From Alphaproteobacteria bacterium (GTDB taxonomy: Bacteria; Pseudomonadota; Alphaproteobacteria; MPNO01): 64,000 nt of DNA. Numbering within the stretch: position 1 is the first letter of the stretch; every line of letters begins with the position of its first letter. A program made the position numbers and the translations under genes. This document shows positions 8,732 to 19,163 of this stretch, piece by piece. The notes under the pieces were generated by a model. The model was not told the origin of the DNA. It worked only from the letters and a program-made list of their open reading frames with translations, and searched no databases. The stretch lies in contig OZ219866.1 in NCBI GenBank assembly GCA_964291675.2, positions 768,001-832,000 of the forward strand, read 5' to 3'.

Positions 8732-9801
8732 CCCCGCTCGGCCTCCGACTGCGCGACAGGATCGCGCGAAGCGGGCCGCTTCCGGTGGCCGAGTTCATGG
8801 CGGCGGCGAACGGCGATCCCGAGCACGGCTACTACGCCCGGCGCGACCCCCTCGGCGGCGCGGGCGATTTCATAACCGCGCCGGAGATCAGCCAGGTTTT
8901 CGGCGAGCTGATCGGCGCCTGGTGCGCCGTCGCCTGGCGCGGCATGGGCGCGCCCGGGCGGGTGCTGCTGGTCGAGCTCGGCCCCGGGCGGGGCACGCTG
9001 ATGGCCGATCTGCTGCGCGCCACGCGTCGCGTCGCGGGGTTCCGCGAGGCGCTCGACATCCGCCTCGTCGAGACCAGCCCGGCGCTTGCGCGGCTCCAGA
9101 AGGACGCTCTCGGCGGTGCCGCGGCGGCCTGGCACCATAGCCTCTCGGAGCTGCCGGAGGGTCCGCTGCTGCTCGTCGCCAACGAGTTTTTCGACGCCCT
9201 GCCGGTCGAGCAGTATGTCGCGCGGCGGGACGGCTGGCACCGCCGCGCCGTCGCCGCGGACGCCGAGGTGTTTCGCTTCGTCGACGGTCCCCGCGTCGAC
9301 GATCCGCCCACATGCGGCTTGCCGGCGGACGGCGAGATCCGCGAGACCAGCCCGCAATCCGTCGCCATCGTAAGCGAGATCGCCACCCGGCTCGCCGCGG
9401 GACGCGGGGCCGCGCTGATCGTCGACTACGGCTATGCCTCTCCCGCGACCGGAGAGACGCTGCAGGCGGTGGCGCGGCATCGCTACGCCGACCCGCTGGC
9501 CGCGCCCGGCGAGGCCGATCTGAGCGCGCATGTCGATTTCGCGGCTCTTGCCCGGGCGGCGCGGGCGGCGGGGGCGTGCTGCCACGGACCGGTGCCGCAG
9601 GGCGAATTTCTGGATCGTCTCGGCATCGGCGCGCGGATGGGCCGGCTGATCGCGGCGGCGGAACCGGGTCAGCGCGAGGCGATCCGCACCGCCTGCCGGC
9701 GGCTGACCGGTGAGCGGGCGATGGGCGGGCTGTTCAAGGCGCTCGCTCTGACCGATCCGCACTCGCCGGTGCCGGCCGGTTTCGAGGCAGCCGGGCGATG
9801 A
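8728..9801 (+). CDS. MidA/NDUFAF7-family SAM-dependent methyltransferase
   Basis: GYY..RDPLG..GDFITAPEISQ.FGELIG, VELGPGRGTLM, ANEFFDALP, DLSAHVDF; ATGA overlap with lgt. Confidence 0.93.
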   Translation: MTPLGLRLRDRIARSGPLPVAEFMAAANGDPEHGYYARRDPLGGAGDFITAPEISQVFGELIGAWCAVAWRGMGAPGRVLLVELGPGRGTLMADLLRATRRVAGFREALDIRLVETSPALARLQKDALGGAAAAWHHSLSELPEGPLLLVANEFFDALPVEQYVARRDGWHRRAVAADAEVFRFVDGPRVDDPPTCGLPADGEIRETSPQSVAIVSEIATRLAAGRGAALIVDYGYASPATGETLQAVARHRYADPLAAPGEADLSAHVDFAALARAARAAGACCHGPVPQGEFLDRLGIGARMGRLIAAAEPGQREAIRTACRRLTGERAMGGLFKALALTDPHSPVPAGFEAAGR

Positions 9802-10571
9802 CGCCGCCGTTCGCGAAAGGGCAGGCGCTCGACGGGCTCGACGGTATCCGGCACGGTTTTTTCGGCCGCTCCGGCGGCGTGTCGGACGGGGTCTATGCGT
9901 CGCTCAATTGCGGCCCCGGCTCGGCCGACGACCCCGAAGCGGTGGCCGAGAACCGCGCCCGGGCGGCGGCGGCGCTCGGGCTGCCCGCCGAAGCGCTCTA
10001 CACCGCCCGCCAGGTGCACGGCACCGAGGCGATCGTCCTCGACGCCCCCGGCGCGCCGCGCCGCACGGGGGATGCGCTGGTCACCGCGACGCCGGGGGTC
10101 GCGCTCGGAATCCTCACCGCGGACTGCGCGCCGGTGCTGCTCGCCGATCCCGGGGCCCGTATCGTCGGCGCCGCGCATGCCGGCTGGCGCGGCGCGCTCG
10201 CAGGCGTGCTGGCCGCGGCGGTCGCGGCGATGGAGGCCAAGGGGGCCGCGCGCGGCCGCATCCTGGCCGCCGTCGGCCCCTGCATCGGCCAGCCCTCCTA
10301 CGAGGTCGGGCCGGAGTTCCGCGCGCGCTTCGAGGCCGAAGACCCGGCCAACGCGCGCTGGTTCGCCGAGCCGCGCCCCGGCGCTCGCCCGCATTTCGAC
10401 CTCGAAGGCTATGTCGCGGCGCGCCTGGAGGCGCTCGGGATCGCCGGCGTCAGCGTCGCCGGCATAGACACCTGCGCCGCGGAGGAAAGCTGTTTCAGCC
10501 ATCGTCGCGCCCGTCTGCGCGGGGAGGAGGGCTATGGGCGGGCGCTGTCCGCGATCGCCCTGGCGGGGTGA
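9798..10571 (+). CDS. pgeF: Peptidoglycan editing factor PgeF (YfiH family)
   Basis: RHGFFGR.GGVS, SLNCG, QVHG, TADCAPVL, HAGWRG, VGPCI, FSHRR. Confidence 0.93.
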   Translation: MTPPFAKGQALDGLDGIRHGFFGRSGGVSDGVYASLNCGPGSADDPEAVAENRARAAAALGLPAEALYTARQVHGTEAIVLDAPGAPRRTGDALVTATPGVALGILTADCAPVLLADPGARIVGAAHAGWRGALAGVLAAAVAAMEAKGAARGRILAAVGPCIGQPSYEVGPEFRARFEAEDPANARWFAEPRPGARPHFDLEGYVAARLEALGIAGVSVAGIDTCAAEESCFSHRRARLRGEEGYGRALSAIALAG

Positions 10572-10577
10572 GGACGG

Positions 10578-10652
10578 GTGCCGCATCTGATCGTCTTCGT
10601 GCTGGTCTGCCTGCTGGGCCTGCTGGGCCTGCTGGCAACATGCGTGCTGTGA
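10578..10652 (+). CDS. Putative 24-aa single-TM small protein (MPHLIVFVLVCLLGLLGLLATCVL)
   Basis: GTG start 6 nt after the pgeF stop, GC3-rich codons, almost entirely hydrophobic; its TGA overlaps an in-frame GTG of the next gene (GTGA 10649-10652). Confidence 0.5.
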   Translation: MPHLIVFVLVCLLGLLGLLATCVL

Positions 10653-11533
10653 CGCGGGGCGCCGCCCTCGCGCTCGCGCTCGCCATCCTTGCCGCCTGCC
10701 AGCCGCTGCCGCGGCCCTTCGCGCCGACCGACCGGGGTGGAGCCGCGACCGCGGTCCCGGGCGAGGACGCCTGGGGCGTCGCCCTCCGCCCGGTCTCCGG
10801 CATGGCCCCCGGGCCGTCCGCCGACTTCACCGCATCCGTGGTCGCGGCGCTCGGCCGACGCGGCGTGCCGGCCGCGGTATCCGGCGGCCTCCCGCGCGGC
10901 GCGCTGCTCTACGGCGCGGCCGAGACGCGACCGCTCGGCGGCGAACGCCTCGGCATCGCCATCGCCTGGACGGCGTTCGCTCGCGACGGGCGCGGGCTCG
11001 GCCTCCATCGGGTCGTCGCCGAAGCGCCGCGGCACGACTGGGAGAGCGCCGCCGCGCCGTTGCTGGAGCGGCTCGCCGCGCAGTCGGCGGACGGGATCGT
11101 CGCCCTCTTGCGTCCCGCGGCGCCGGTCCCGCACCGAGCCGGCCCCGCGATCCGGGTGGTCTCCGTCGCCGCGCCCCCCGGCCTCGACGGGGAGATCCTG
11201 CGGCGCGCGACGGTCGATGCGATGCGCGCGGCCCGCATCGGCGGCTCCGCGAGCGACAAGCCAGGCCACCGCCTTGCCGCGGCGGTGTCGCTCGGCCCCG
11301 TCTGGCGCGGGCAGCGCCGTCTCCGGGTCGAGTGGCGGCTCGACGATGCCGCCGGCGGGCGGGTCGGCGCGATGGTTCAGGAGAACGGCGTGGCCGAGGA
11401 AACGCTCGCGGCGGACTGGCCGGCCCTGGCGCGGCTGATCGCCCGGGCGGCGGTCGACGAGCTCGGCGGGCTGCTGGCGCGGGCGGGCGGAAGCGCGGCG
11501 GCGCCGGTTGACGGGCCTACCCGGCGACCCTAG
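10640..11533 (+). CDS. Hypothetical lipoprotein (alternative start GTG 10649)
   Basis: Lipobox ILAA-C followed by QPLPRPF. Confidence 0.75.
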   Translation: MRAVTRGAALALALAILAACQPLPRPFAPTDRGGAATAVPGEDAWGVALRPVSGMAPGPSADFTASVVAALGRRGVPAAVSGGLPRGALLYGAAETRPLGGERLGIAIAWTAFARDGRGLGLHRVVAEAPRHDWESAAAPLLERLAAQSADGIVALLRPAAPVPHRAGPAIRVVSVAAPPGLDGEILRRATVDAMRAARIGGSASDKPGHRLAAAVSLGPVWRGQRRLRVEWRLDDAAGGRVGAMVQENGVAEETLAADWPALARLIARAAVDELGGLLARAGGSAAAPVDGPTRRP

Positions 11534-11640
11534 ATTGCGCGCTCCCGGAGCCAGGGAGTGGAGCAAGCGCCCCAGGGTGTCCGCCAGTCCGCGCGATGCG
11601 CGCACTGGCGCGTAACGCGTTGGGGGCGAGGAATCCTGCG

Positions 11641-12990
11641 ATGTTCGACGGGCTGAGAACCAGGTTCGAGGACGTTTTCGACCGCCTCAAGCGGCGCGGC
11701 GCGCTGTCCGAGGGGGACGTTTCGGCCGCGATGCGGGAGATCCGCATCGCCCTCCTGGAGGCCGATGTGGCGCTCCCCGTCGTCAAGGAGTTCACCGACA
11801 CGGTGAGCGCCGAGGCGGTCGGCCAGGACGTGCTGCGCTCGATCAATCCCGGCCAGATGGTGGTCAAGGTGGTGAACGACCGCCTGGTCGAGATGCTCGG
11901 CGCAAGCTCCGAGGGCATCGACCTCGCCGCGGCCCCGCCGGTGGCGGTGATGCTGGTCGGGCTCCAGGGCTCGGGCAAGACGACCACGACGGCGAAGCTC
12001 GGCAAGCGGCTGGCGGGCCAGGACCGCAAGAAGGTGCTGATGGCCTCGCTCGACGTGCGCCGTCCCGCGGCGCAGGAGCAGCTCGCCGTGCTCGGCGCCC
12101 AGGCCGAAATCGCCACGCTGCCCGTCATCCCGCTGCAGACGCCGCGGATGATCGCCGACCGGGCGATGGAGACCGCGCGGAAGGAGGGCTACGACGTGGT
12201 CCTGCTGGACACCGCCGGCAGGCTCGCCATCGACGATGCGCTGATGGACGAGGCGGCGACGATCGCCGATGCCGCTTCGCCCAGGGAAACCCTGCTGGTC
12301 GCCGATGCGATGACCGGCCAGGACGCGGTGGCCACGGCGAGCGCCTTCCACCGGCGCCTCGGCCTCACCGGCATCGTATTGACCCGGGTCGACGGCGATG
12401 CGCGCGGCGGCGCGGCGCTCTCGATGCGGGCGGTGACCGGCTGCCCCATCAAGCTGCTCGGCACCGGCGAGGGGCTCGATGCGCTGGAGCCGTTCCACCC
12501 CGACCGCATCGCGTCGCGCATCCTCGGCATGGGCGACGTCGTCAGCCTGGTCGAGAAGGCGCAGGAGACCATCGCCGAGGAAGAGGCCGAGAAGCTCGCC
12601 CGCAAGATGCAGAAGGGGCGGTTCGACTTCGACGACCTGGCCAAGCAGCTGCGCCAGATCCGCACCATGGGCGGGCTCGGCGGCATCGCCCAGCTCCTGC
12701 CCGGTGTCGGCAAGATGCAGAAGCAGCTCGCCAACGCCAATGTGGACGAGGCGGTCCTGGTGCGCCAGGAGGCGATCATCTGCTCGATGACGCCGACCGA
12801 GCGGCGCCGGCCCGAGATCATCAAGGCCTCGCGCAAGCGGCGCATCGCCGCCGGTTCCGGCGTCACCGTCCAGGACGTCAACCGGCTGATGAAGCAGTTT
12901 CAGGAAATGAACCGCATGATGAAGAAGATGAACCGGCTCGGCCGGAAGGGGCTGATGCGCGGCGGGATGCCGCCGATGATGCCTGGATAG
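11641..12990 (+). CDS. ffh: Signal recognition particle protein
   Basis: LLEADV, GLQGSGKTTT, DTAGR, DGDARGGAALS, PDRIASRILGMGD, Met-rich tail. Confidence 0.98.
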   Translation: MFDGLRTRFEDVFDRLKRRGALSEGDVSAAMREIRIALLEADVALPVVKEFTDTVSAEAVGQDVLRSINPGQMVVKVVNDRLVEMLGASSEGIDLAAAPPVAVMLVGLQGSGKTTTTAKLGKRLAGQDRKKVLMASLDVRRPAAQEQLAVLGAQAEIATLPVIPLQTPRMIADRAMETARKEGYDVVLLDTAGRLAIDDALMDEAATIADAASPRETLLVADAMTGQDAVATASAFHRRLGLTGIVLTRVDGDARGGAALSMRAVTGCPIKLLGTGEGLDALEPFHPDRIASRILGMGDVVSLVEKAQETIAEEEAEKLARKMQKGRFDFDDLAKQLRQIRTMGGLGGIAQLLPGVGKMQKQLANANVDEAVLVRQEAIICSMTPTERRRPEIIKASRKRRIAAGSGVTVQDVNRLMKQFQEMNRMMKKMNRLGRKGLMRGGMPPMMPG

Positions 12991-13008
12991 GCCCGGGAAA
13001 GGAGAAAC

Positions 13009-13356
13009 ATGGCCCTCAAGATCAGACTCGCGCGCGGCGGCGCCAAGAAGCGCCCGTTCTACCGCATCGTGGTCGCCGACTCGCGCAGCCCGCGCGACGG
13101 CCGCTTCATCGAGCGGCTCGGCACCTACAACCCGATCCTCGCCAGCGACCACCCGGACCGCGTGGTGCTCAAGGAGGATCGCATCCGCCACTGGCTCGAC
13201 CGCGGCGCCAAGCCGAGCGACCGGGTGGCGAAGTTCCTCGGCCGGGCCGAGATCGTCCCGATGCCCGCGCCGCGCGACAACCCGATCAAGAGCCGCCCCA
13301 AGAAGAAGGCGCAGGAGCGGTTGAAGGCGGCGGAGGAAGCGGCGGCGGAGAGCTGA
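13009..13356 (+). CDS. rpsP: 30S ribosomal protein S16
   Basis: [35 protein letters not shown]. Confidence 0.98.
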   Translation: MALKIRLARGGAKKRPFYRIVVADSRSPRDGRFIERLGTYNPILASDHPDRVVLKEDRIRHWLDRGAKPSDRVAKFLGRAEIVPMPAPRDNPIKSRPKKKAQERLKAAEEAAAES

Positions 13357-13447
13357 GACGGCTGCGCGACGCCGCGAGCCCGCCGGGCGCGGCCGCGCCG
13401 CCAAGGTCTCGACGCTTGCCGTCGAGGGCGCGGCCCGGACCGGGCGG

Positions 13448-13975
13448 GTGTGCGTCGGCGCCGTCGCCGGGGCGCATGGCGTGCGCGGCGAGGTGCGGGT
13501 CCGCAGCTTCACCGAACGGCCGGAGGACATCGCGGCCTACGGGCCGCTGGAGGACGAGGCGGGCGGCCGGGTCTTCGTGCTTGCCCTGACCGGGCGGGCG
13601 CGCGGCCTGCTGACCGGATCGATCGAGGGCATCTCCGGGCGCGAGGCGGCCGAGGCGCTGCGCGGCACAAGGCTCTATGTCGACCGGGACCGGCTGCCGG
13701 CGCCGGCCGACGAGGACGAGTTCTACCACGCCGACCTGCTGGGACTGGCGGCGGTGGACGGCGACGGAAAGCTGCGCGGCCGGGTGGCGGCGATCCTGTC
13801 GGCGGGCGATGCGGCGGTGCTGGAGATCGATCCCGGCGGCGGGGACACGCTGCTGGTGCCGTTCACCCGGGAGCACGTGCCAGAGATCGACGTCGCGGCG
13901 GGGCGCATCGCGATCGACCCGCCCGAAGAGCCCGGCGAGACGGTGCGGGAAGACGAGGACGATGGGCGCCGGTGA
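13448..13975 (+). CDS. rimM: Ribosome maturation factor RimM
   Basis: [29 protein letters not shown]; position in the rpsP-trmD operon; exact start uncertain. Confidence 0.93.
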   Translation: MCVGAVAGAHGVRGEVRVRSFTERPEDIAAYGPLEDEAGGRVFVLALTGRARGLLTGSIEGISGREAAEALRGTRLYVDRDRLPAPADEDEFYHADLLGLAAVDGDGKLRGRVAAILSAGDAAVLEIDPGGGDTLLVPFTREHVPEIDVAAGRIAIDPPEEPGETVREDEDDGRR

Positions 13976-14696
13976 CAAGACGCCGTTCGCGGTCCGCGTG
14001 CTCACCATCTTTCCCGCGATGTTCCCGGGTCCGCTCGGCCATTCGCTCGCCGGCCGGGCGCTGGAGGACGGAATCTGGGGTCTGGAAACAGTGGACATTC
14101 GGGACTTCGCGCGCGATAAACACCGCTCCGTCGACGACACCCCCTTTGGCGGGGGCGCGGGGATGGTGATGCGGCCGGACGTCGTGGGGGACGCGCTCGC
14201 GGCGGTCGCCCGGTCCGGTACGCCGCTGATCTATCTCAGCCCGCGCGGACGGCTGCTCGATCAGGCGCGGGTTCGCGCTCTGGCCTCCGGGCCCGGGATG
14301 AACCTGCTCTGCGGCCGTTTCGAGGGCGTCGACGAACGGGTGCTCGAGGCGTACGAAGTCGAGGAGCTCAGCCTCGGCGATTTCGTGCTGTCGGGGGGCG
14401 AGCCGGCGGCGATCGCGCTGATCGACGCCTGCGTGCGGCTGTTGCCGGGCGTCGTCGGGCAGTCGGAGTCGCTGGCCGAGGAGAGCTTCGCCGGCGGGCT
14501 GCTGGAGTACCCGCACTACACGCGCCCGCGCGAATGGCGGGGCCGCGCGGTGCCCGAGGCGTTGTCGAGCGGGCATCACGAGCGGATCCGCGAATGGCGC
14601 ATGGCCGCCGCGGAACGCGCGACACGGGAGCGCCGGCCGGATCTGTGGCGGCGCTACCGGCAGAGGACGGAAGGGTTGGACGATGAACGTGATTGA
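13962..14696 (+). CDS. trmD: tRNA (guanine-N1)-methyltransferase
   Basis: [47 protein letters not shown]. Confidence 0.97.
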   Translation: MGAGDKTPFAVRVLTIFPAMFPGPLGHSLAGRALEDGIWGLETVDIRDFARDKHRSVDDTPFGGGAGMVMRPDVVGDALAAVARSGTPLIYLSPRGRLLDQARVRALASGPGMNLLCGRFEGVDERVLEAYEVEELSLGDFVLSGGEPAAIALIDACVRLLPGVVGQSESLAEESFAGGLLEYPHYTRPREWRGRAVPEALSSGHHERIREWRMAAAERATRERRPDLWRRYRQRTEGLDDERD

Positions 14697-15120
14697 GCAG
14701 ATCGAAGCCGAGCAGATCGCCAGGCTCACCTCGGAACGGCCGATACCGGCATTCGCCCCGGGCGACACGGTGCGCGTCCACTTCAAGGTCGTCGAAGGCT
14801 CGCGCGAGCGAATCCAGGTCTATGAGGGGGTGGTGATCGCGCGCACCTCCAGCGGGGTGAGCTCCGCCTTCACGGTGCGCAAGATCTCCTACGGCGAAGG
14901 CGTCGAACGCGTGTTCCCGCTCTATTCGCCGCGCATCGACCGGATCGAGGTGGTGCGTCGCGGCAAGGTACGGCGCGCCAAGCTCTATTACCTGCGCAGC
15001 CGGCGCGGCAAGCGCGCGCGGATCGCCGAGAAGGTGGACCGCAGGCCGGACGCGGCGGATACGCCGCGCGAGGCCGGGGCGGCAGCAGCGGCCGAACCGG
15101 CGGCAACCGACGGAGAATAG
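14683..15120 (+). CDS. rplS: 50S ribosomal protein L19
   Basis: [44 protein letters not shown]. Confidence 0.98.
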   Translation: MNVIEQIEAEQIARLTSERPIPAFAPGDTVRVHFKVVEGSRERIQVYEGVVIARTSSGVSSAFTVRKISYGEGVERVFPLYSPRIDRIEVVRRGKVRRAKLYYLRSRRGKRARIAEKVDRRPDAADTPREAGAAAAAEPAATDGE

Positions 15121-15175
15121 ACCGGCTCCGCGGCCCCGCCCGGCCGCGCCCCGGCCAAATCGAGGAGGGCGCTCG

Positions 15176-16582
15176 ATGGCGCAACCGAAGACCCTGTTCG
15201 ACAAGATCTGGGACAGCCACGTGGTCGACGTGCAGGAGGACGGCACCTGCCTGCTCTATATCGACCGGCAGATCATCCACGAGATCACCAGCGCCCAGGC
15301 CTTCGAAGGGCTGCGCGCGGCCGGACGCACGGTGCGCCGGCCGGAGGCCCAGCTCCTGGTCCCCGACCACAACGTGCCGACCACGGACCGCTCGCTCCCC
15401 ATCGAGAACGAGGAGTCGCGCATCCAGATCGAGCTTCTCAAGGAGAACGCCGAGGCCTTCGGCCTGCCCTATATCGAGCTCGACGACATCCGCCAGGGCA
15501 TCGTCCACGTGATCGGCCCCGAGCAGGGCTTCACCCTGCCCGGGCTGACCATGGCGTGCGGCGATTCGCACACCTCGACGCATGGCGCCTTCGGCTGCCT
15601 CGCCTTCGGCATCGGCACCTCCGAGGTCGAGCACGTGCTGGCCACCCAGTCGCTGATCCAGCGCCCGGCGCAGAACATGCGCGTCACCGTCGACGGGGCG
15701 CTGCCGCCGGGCGTGGTGGCGAAGGACCTCGCGCTCGCCATCATCGGCGCGATCGGCACCGCCGGCGGCACCGGCTGCGTCATCGAGTATGCCGGCAAGG
15801 CGGTCGAGGAGCTGTCGATGGAAGGGCGCATGACGCTCTGCAACATGACCATCGAGGGCGGCGCGCGGGCCGGTCTCGTCGCCCCCGACCGGACCACGTT
15901 CGACTACGTCAGGGGCCGCCCGATGGCGCCCAAGGGCGCCGCATGGGAGCAGGCCGAGGCCTTTTGGCGGACGCTGCCCTCCGATCTCGGCGCCGAGTAC
16001 GACAAGGAGGTCGCCATCCCGGTCGACAGCATCGAGCCGCAGGTGACCTGGGGGACCAGCCCGGAGATGGTGCTGCCGATATCGGGCTCGGTGCCCGACC
16101 CGTCCGGCGAGGAGGACGGCAACCGCAAGCGCTCGCTGGAGCGCGCGATCGACTATATGGGGCTGTCCGCCGGCCAGGCGCTGACCGACATCCGGGTCGA
16201 CAGGGTGTTCATCGGCTCCTGCACCAATTCGCGCATCGAGGATCTCCGCGCCGCCGCCGCCGTGGCCGAGGGGCGCAGCGTCGCCGACGGCGTTCACGCG
16301 ATGGTGGTGCCGGGCTCCGGTCTGGTGAAGCACCAGGCCGAGGAGGAGGGGCTCGACCGGGTGTTCAAGGAGGCCGGGTTCGACTGGCGCGAGCCCGGGT
16401 GCTCGATGTGCATCGCGATGAACGGCGACATGCTGGCGCCGGGCGAGCGCTCGGCGTCTACGTCGAACCGCAATTTCGAGGGCCGCCAGGGGCCCGGCGG
16501 GCGCACCCATCTGATGAGCCCCGCGATGGCCGCCGCGGCCGCGGTCAACGGCCATCTGAGCGACCACCGGGACCTGATCTAG
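15176..16582 (+). CDS. leuC: 3-isopropylmalate dehydratase large subunit
   Basis: [57 protein letters not shown]. Confidence 0.98.
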   Translation: MAQPKTLFDKIWDSHVVDVQEDGTCLLYIDRQIIHEITSAQAFEGLRAAGRTVRRPEAQLLVPDHNVPTTDRSLPIENEESRIQIELLKENAEAFGLPYIELDDIRQGIVHVIGPEQGFTLPGLTMACGDSHTSTHGAFGCLAFGIGTSEVEHVLATQSLIQRPAQNMRVTVDGALPPGVVAKDLALAIIGAIGTAGGTGCVIEYAGKAVEELSMEGRMTLCNMTIEGGARAGLVAPDRTTFDYVRGRPMAPKGAAWEQAEAFWRTLPSDLGAEYDKEVAIPVDSIEPQVTWGTSPEMVLPISGSVPDPSGEEDGNRKRSLERAIDYMGLSAGQALTDIRVDRVFIGSCTNSRIEDLRAAAAVAEGRSVADGVHAMVVPGSGLVKHQAEEEGLDRVFKEAGFDWREPGCSMCIAMNGDMLAPGERSASTSNRNFEGRQGPGGRTHLMSPAMAAAAAVNGHLSDHRDLI

Positions 16583-16595
16583 GGAGCGCTTAGCG

Positions 16596-17201
16596 ATGGA
16601 GAAGTTCACCACCCTCGAGGGCATCGCCGCCCCCTTCCCGATGGTCAACGTGGACACCGACCGGATCATCCCGGCGCGGTTCCTCAAGACCATCAAGAAG
16701 ACCGGGCTCGGCAAGAACCTGTTCAACGAGCTGCGCTACGACGCGGACGGCTCGGAGAAGCCCGACTTCGTGCTCAACAAGCCGGCCTACCGCGAGGCCA
16801 GGATCCTGGTCGCCGGGGACAATTTCGGCTGCGGCTCGTCGCGCGAGCATGCGCCCTGGGCGCTGGTCGATTTCGGCATACGCTGCGTCATCGCGCCGAG
16901 CTTCGCCGACATCTTCAACAACAACGCCTCGAAGAACGGCATGCTGCTGATCGCGCTGCCGCAGGAGACGGTCGACAAGCTGATGGAGGACGCGGACAAG
17001 GGCGGCAACGCGCGCCTCTCGGTCGATCTGGAGAAGCAGCGGATCGTCCGCCCGGACGGCGAGACCATCGATTTCGACATCGACCCGTTCAAGAAGCACT
17101 GCCTGCTCAACGGGCTCGACGACATCGCGCTGACCCTGCAGAAGGACGACAAGATCAGCGCCTTCGAAGGCGCGCGCAAAGCCGCCCAGCCCTGGGCCTG
17201 A
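16596..17201 (+). CDS. leuD: 3-isopropylmalate dehydratase small subunit
   Basis: [30 protein letters not shown]. Confidence 0.98.
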   Translation: MEKFTTLEGIAAPFPMVNVDTDRIIPARFLKTIKKTGLGKNLFNELRYDADGSEKPDFVLNKPAYREARILVAGDNFGCGSSREHAPWALVDFGIRCVIAPSFADIFNNNASKNGMLLIALPQETVDKLMEDADKGGNARLSVDLEKQRIVRPDGETIDFDIDPFKKHCLLNGLDDIALTLQKDDKISAFEGARKAAQPWA

Positions 17202-17208
17202 CGCCGCG

Positions 17209-18321
17209 ATGGCCGCCAACAAGAAGCTGCTGATCCTGGCCGGGGACGGCATCGGCCCCGAGGTGATGGGCGAGGTGCGCCGGGTCATCGACTGGATGGA
17301 CCGGCGCCGCCATGTGAGCTTCGACGTTGCCGAGGCGCTGGTGGGCGGCGCGGCGATCGACGAAGAGGGCGGGCCGATCTCGGACGCCACGATGGACGCG
17401 GCGATGGGCGCCGATGCGGTGCTGCTGGGCGCCTGCGGCGGCCCCAGATGGGCCGATGTCGCCTTCGAGATCCGCCCCGAGGCGGGGCTCTTGCGCCTGC
17501 GCAAGGACCTGGAGCTGTTCGCCAATCTGCGCCCGGCGCTGGTCTTCGACGCGCTGGCCGAGGCGTCGACGCTGAAGACCGAGCTGGTCGCGGGGCTCGA
17601 CATCCTGATCGTCCGCGAGCTCACTGGCGGGGTCTATTTCGGCGAGCCGCGCGGCATCGAGACCCTGGCGGGCGGCGAGCGCCGGGGCGTCAACACGCAG
17701 GTCTACACCACCTCCGAGATCGTCCGCGTCGCCCGCGTCGCCTTCGACCTCGCGCGCAAGCGCGGCAACCGGGTGTGCTCGGTCGAGAAGGCGAACGTGA
17801 TGGAGAGCGGCCTGCTGTGGCGCGAGGAGGTCACCCGGCTGCACCGGGGCGAATACGCCGATGTCGAGCTGTCGCACATGCTGGCCGACAATTGCGGCAT
17901 GCAGCTGGTGCGCGCGCCCAAGCAGTTCGACGTGATCGTCACCGACAATCTGTTCGGCGACATGCTGTCGGATGTCGCATCGATGCTCACCGGCTCGCTC
18001 GGCATGCTGCCCTCGGCCTCGCTGGGACCTGCGGATTCTTCGGGGCGGCGGCGGGCGCTGTATGAGCCGATCCACGGCTCGGCGCCCGACATCGCCGGCG
18101 AGAACAAGGCCAACCCGCTCGCCACCCTACTCAGCTTCGCGATGATGCTGCGCTACTCCTTCGACATGGAGGAGGACGCGCTGCTGGTCGAGCGGGCGGT
18201 CGAGCGGGCGCTCGCCCGGGGGCTGCGCACCGGCGACATCATGCAGCCCGGCATGACCGCGGTCTCCACCGCCGGGATGGGCGAGGCGGTCACCGAGGCG
18301 CTGGACGCGATGGCGGCTTAG
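17209..18321 (+). CDS. leuB: 3-isopropylmalate dehydrogenase
   Basis: [45 protein letters not shown]. Confidence 0.98.
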   Translation: MAANKKLLILAGDGIGPEVMGEVRRVIDWMDRRRHVSFDVAEALVGGAAIDEEGGPISDATMDAAMGADAVLLGACGGPRWADVAFEIRPEAGLLRLRKDLELFANLRPALVFDALAEASTLKTELVAGLDILIVRELTGGVYFGEPRGIETLAGGERRGVNTQVYTTSEIVRVARVAFDLARKRGNRVCSVEKANVMESGLLWREEVTRLHRGEYADVELSHMLADNCGMQLVRAPKQFDVIVTDNLFGDMLSDVASMLTGSLGMLPSASLGPADSSGRRRALYEPIHGSAPDIAGENKANPLATLLSFAMMLRYSFDMEEDALLVERAVERALARGLRTGDIMQPGMTAVSTAGMGEAVTEALDAMAA

Positions 18322-18401
18322 GCCCTTCCGACGCGCCGGAGTCGCCATGGCGCAGACAGGAACGATGCCGTCCGTCTTTCGTTCCTTCGGCGAAAGTCCG
18401 G

Positions 18402-19163
18402 CTAATGACCGCCGCGTACGAATCCGTGGGGATCAATATTCGTATAGCAGTTGAATTTCCGTATTCCTGCCTCAGAGCGGACATGGAATTCTCCATTCTT
18501 GGAATGCCTCACGTCAAAATGAAAACCGTCGGGAAGTCGAAAGGTGAATTTGCGGCGGCGCCATTCTGGAAGACCATGCGAGCCATGGTGAGCGCCGTGA
18601 CAAAAGATCAGTTCCAGGCGGTCGTGCCAACAGCCGCGGCTTCTATGCCGGTCACGGAAACGCCTTATGGTCTGCTCGACCGCATGGAGGTCGTCCCTTT
18701 CCCGGTTGACGTTGCGTGCCCGGGACCAAGCGTCCTTTACCGATGGCTCGGCTTCGAAAACGGTTTCCGGCAGGAGCAGCGGGGACCCGATCCCGGGCCG
18801 TACCCTGGCGCGCCATTCTTCCTCGAATTCCATGCACGCGTTGAAGGCTTCGAAAAACACTTCTTGGCCGAATTTGCGTGACAACTCGCGCGGCAGCCAT
18901 GTCGCGCGGTAACACCGGCGAGCCAATTCTCCGAAATTGGGACGCTCGCTTTCGCGATCGTGGGCGAGAAGAAGATGCACGCCCGCGTCGGGGGCGCAAT
19001 CGGCCTCCTTCATGACTCGAGACCATATGCCCGAGAGATCTGCGCGTCCGTGATCGCGACTCGGTATTGATTTGATCGTCCATCCCGCGCGGGCGGGGCG
19101 ACTTTTCGCGCGCCGATGGGTCCCAAGTGGGATGCCGGCGACGATCACGTGCGGATCGGTCAT
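18402..19163 (-). CDS. Hypothetical protein (253 aa), His-rich C-terminal domain, unknown family
   Basis: ATG 19163 overlaps the stop of the upstream gene (ATGA); HGAHHGSHG, DGFHFDV and YTNIDPHG segments; lower GC than flanks. Confidence 0.75.
   Translation of the reverse strand: MTDPHVIVAGIPLGTHRRAKSRPARAGWTIKSIPSRDHGRADLSGIWSRVMKEADCAPDAGVHLLLAHDRESERPNFGELARRCYRATWLPRELSRKFGQEVFFEAFNACMEFEEEWRARVRPGIGSPLLLPETVFEAEPSVKDAWSRARNVNRERDDLHAVEQTIRRFRDRHRSRGCWHDRLELIFCHGAHHGSHGLPEWRRRKFTFRLPDGFHFDVRHSKNGEFHVRSEAGIRKFNCYTNIDPHGFVRGGH

Noticed and set aside
6820-9801. 993-aa ORF, and similarly 54463-57591, 42502-45303 and other long Arg/Pro/Gly-rich ORFs
   Set aside because: These are shadow frames typical of high-GC DNA; only parts (MidA from 8728, Rieske from 57274) are real genes.
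10610-10636. CCTGCTGGG x3 as a phase-variable intergenic repeat
   Set aside because: A 9-bp unit keeps the frame and is better explained as LLG codons of the small hydrophobic ORF.
11534-11640. SRP RNA (ffs) upstream of ffh
   Set aside because: No recognisable SRP domain IV motif (CAGG..GGAA..AGCAG) in this intergenic region.
15121-15175. Leucine attenuator leader before leuC
   Set aside because: The gap is only 55 nt, with no Leu-rich leader ORF or U-tailed terminator.
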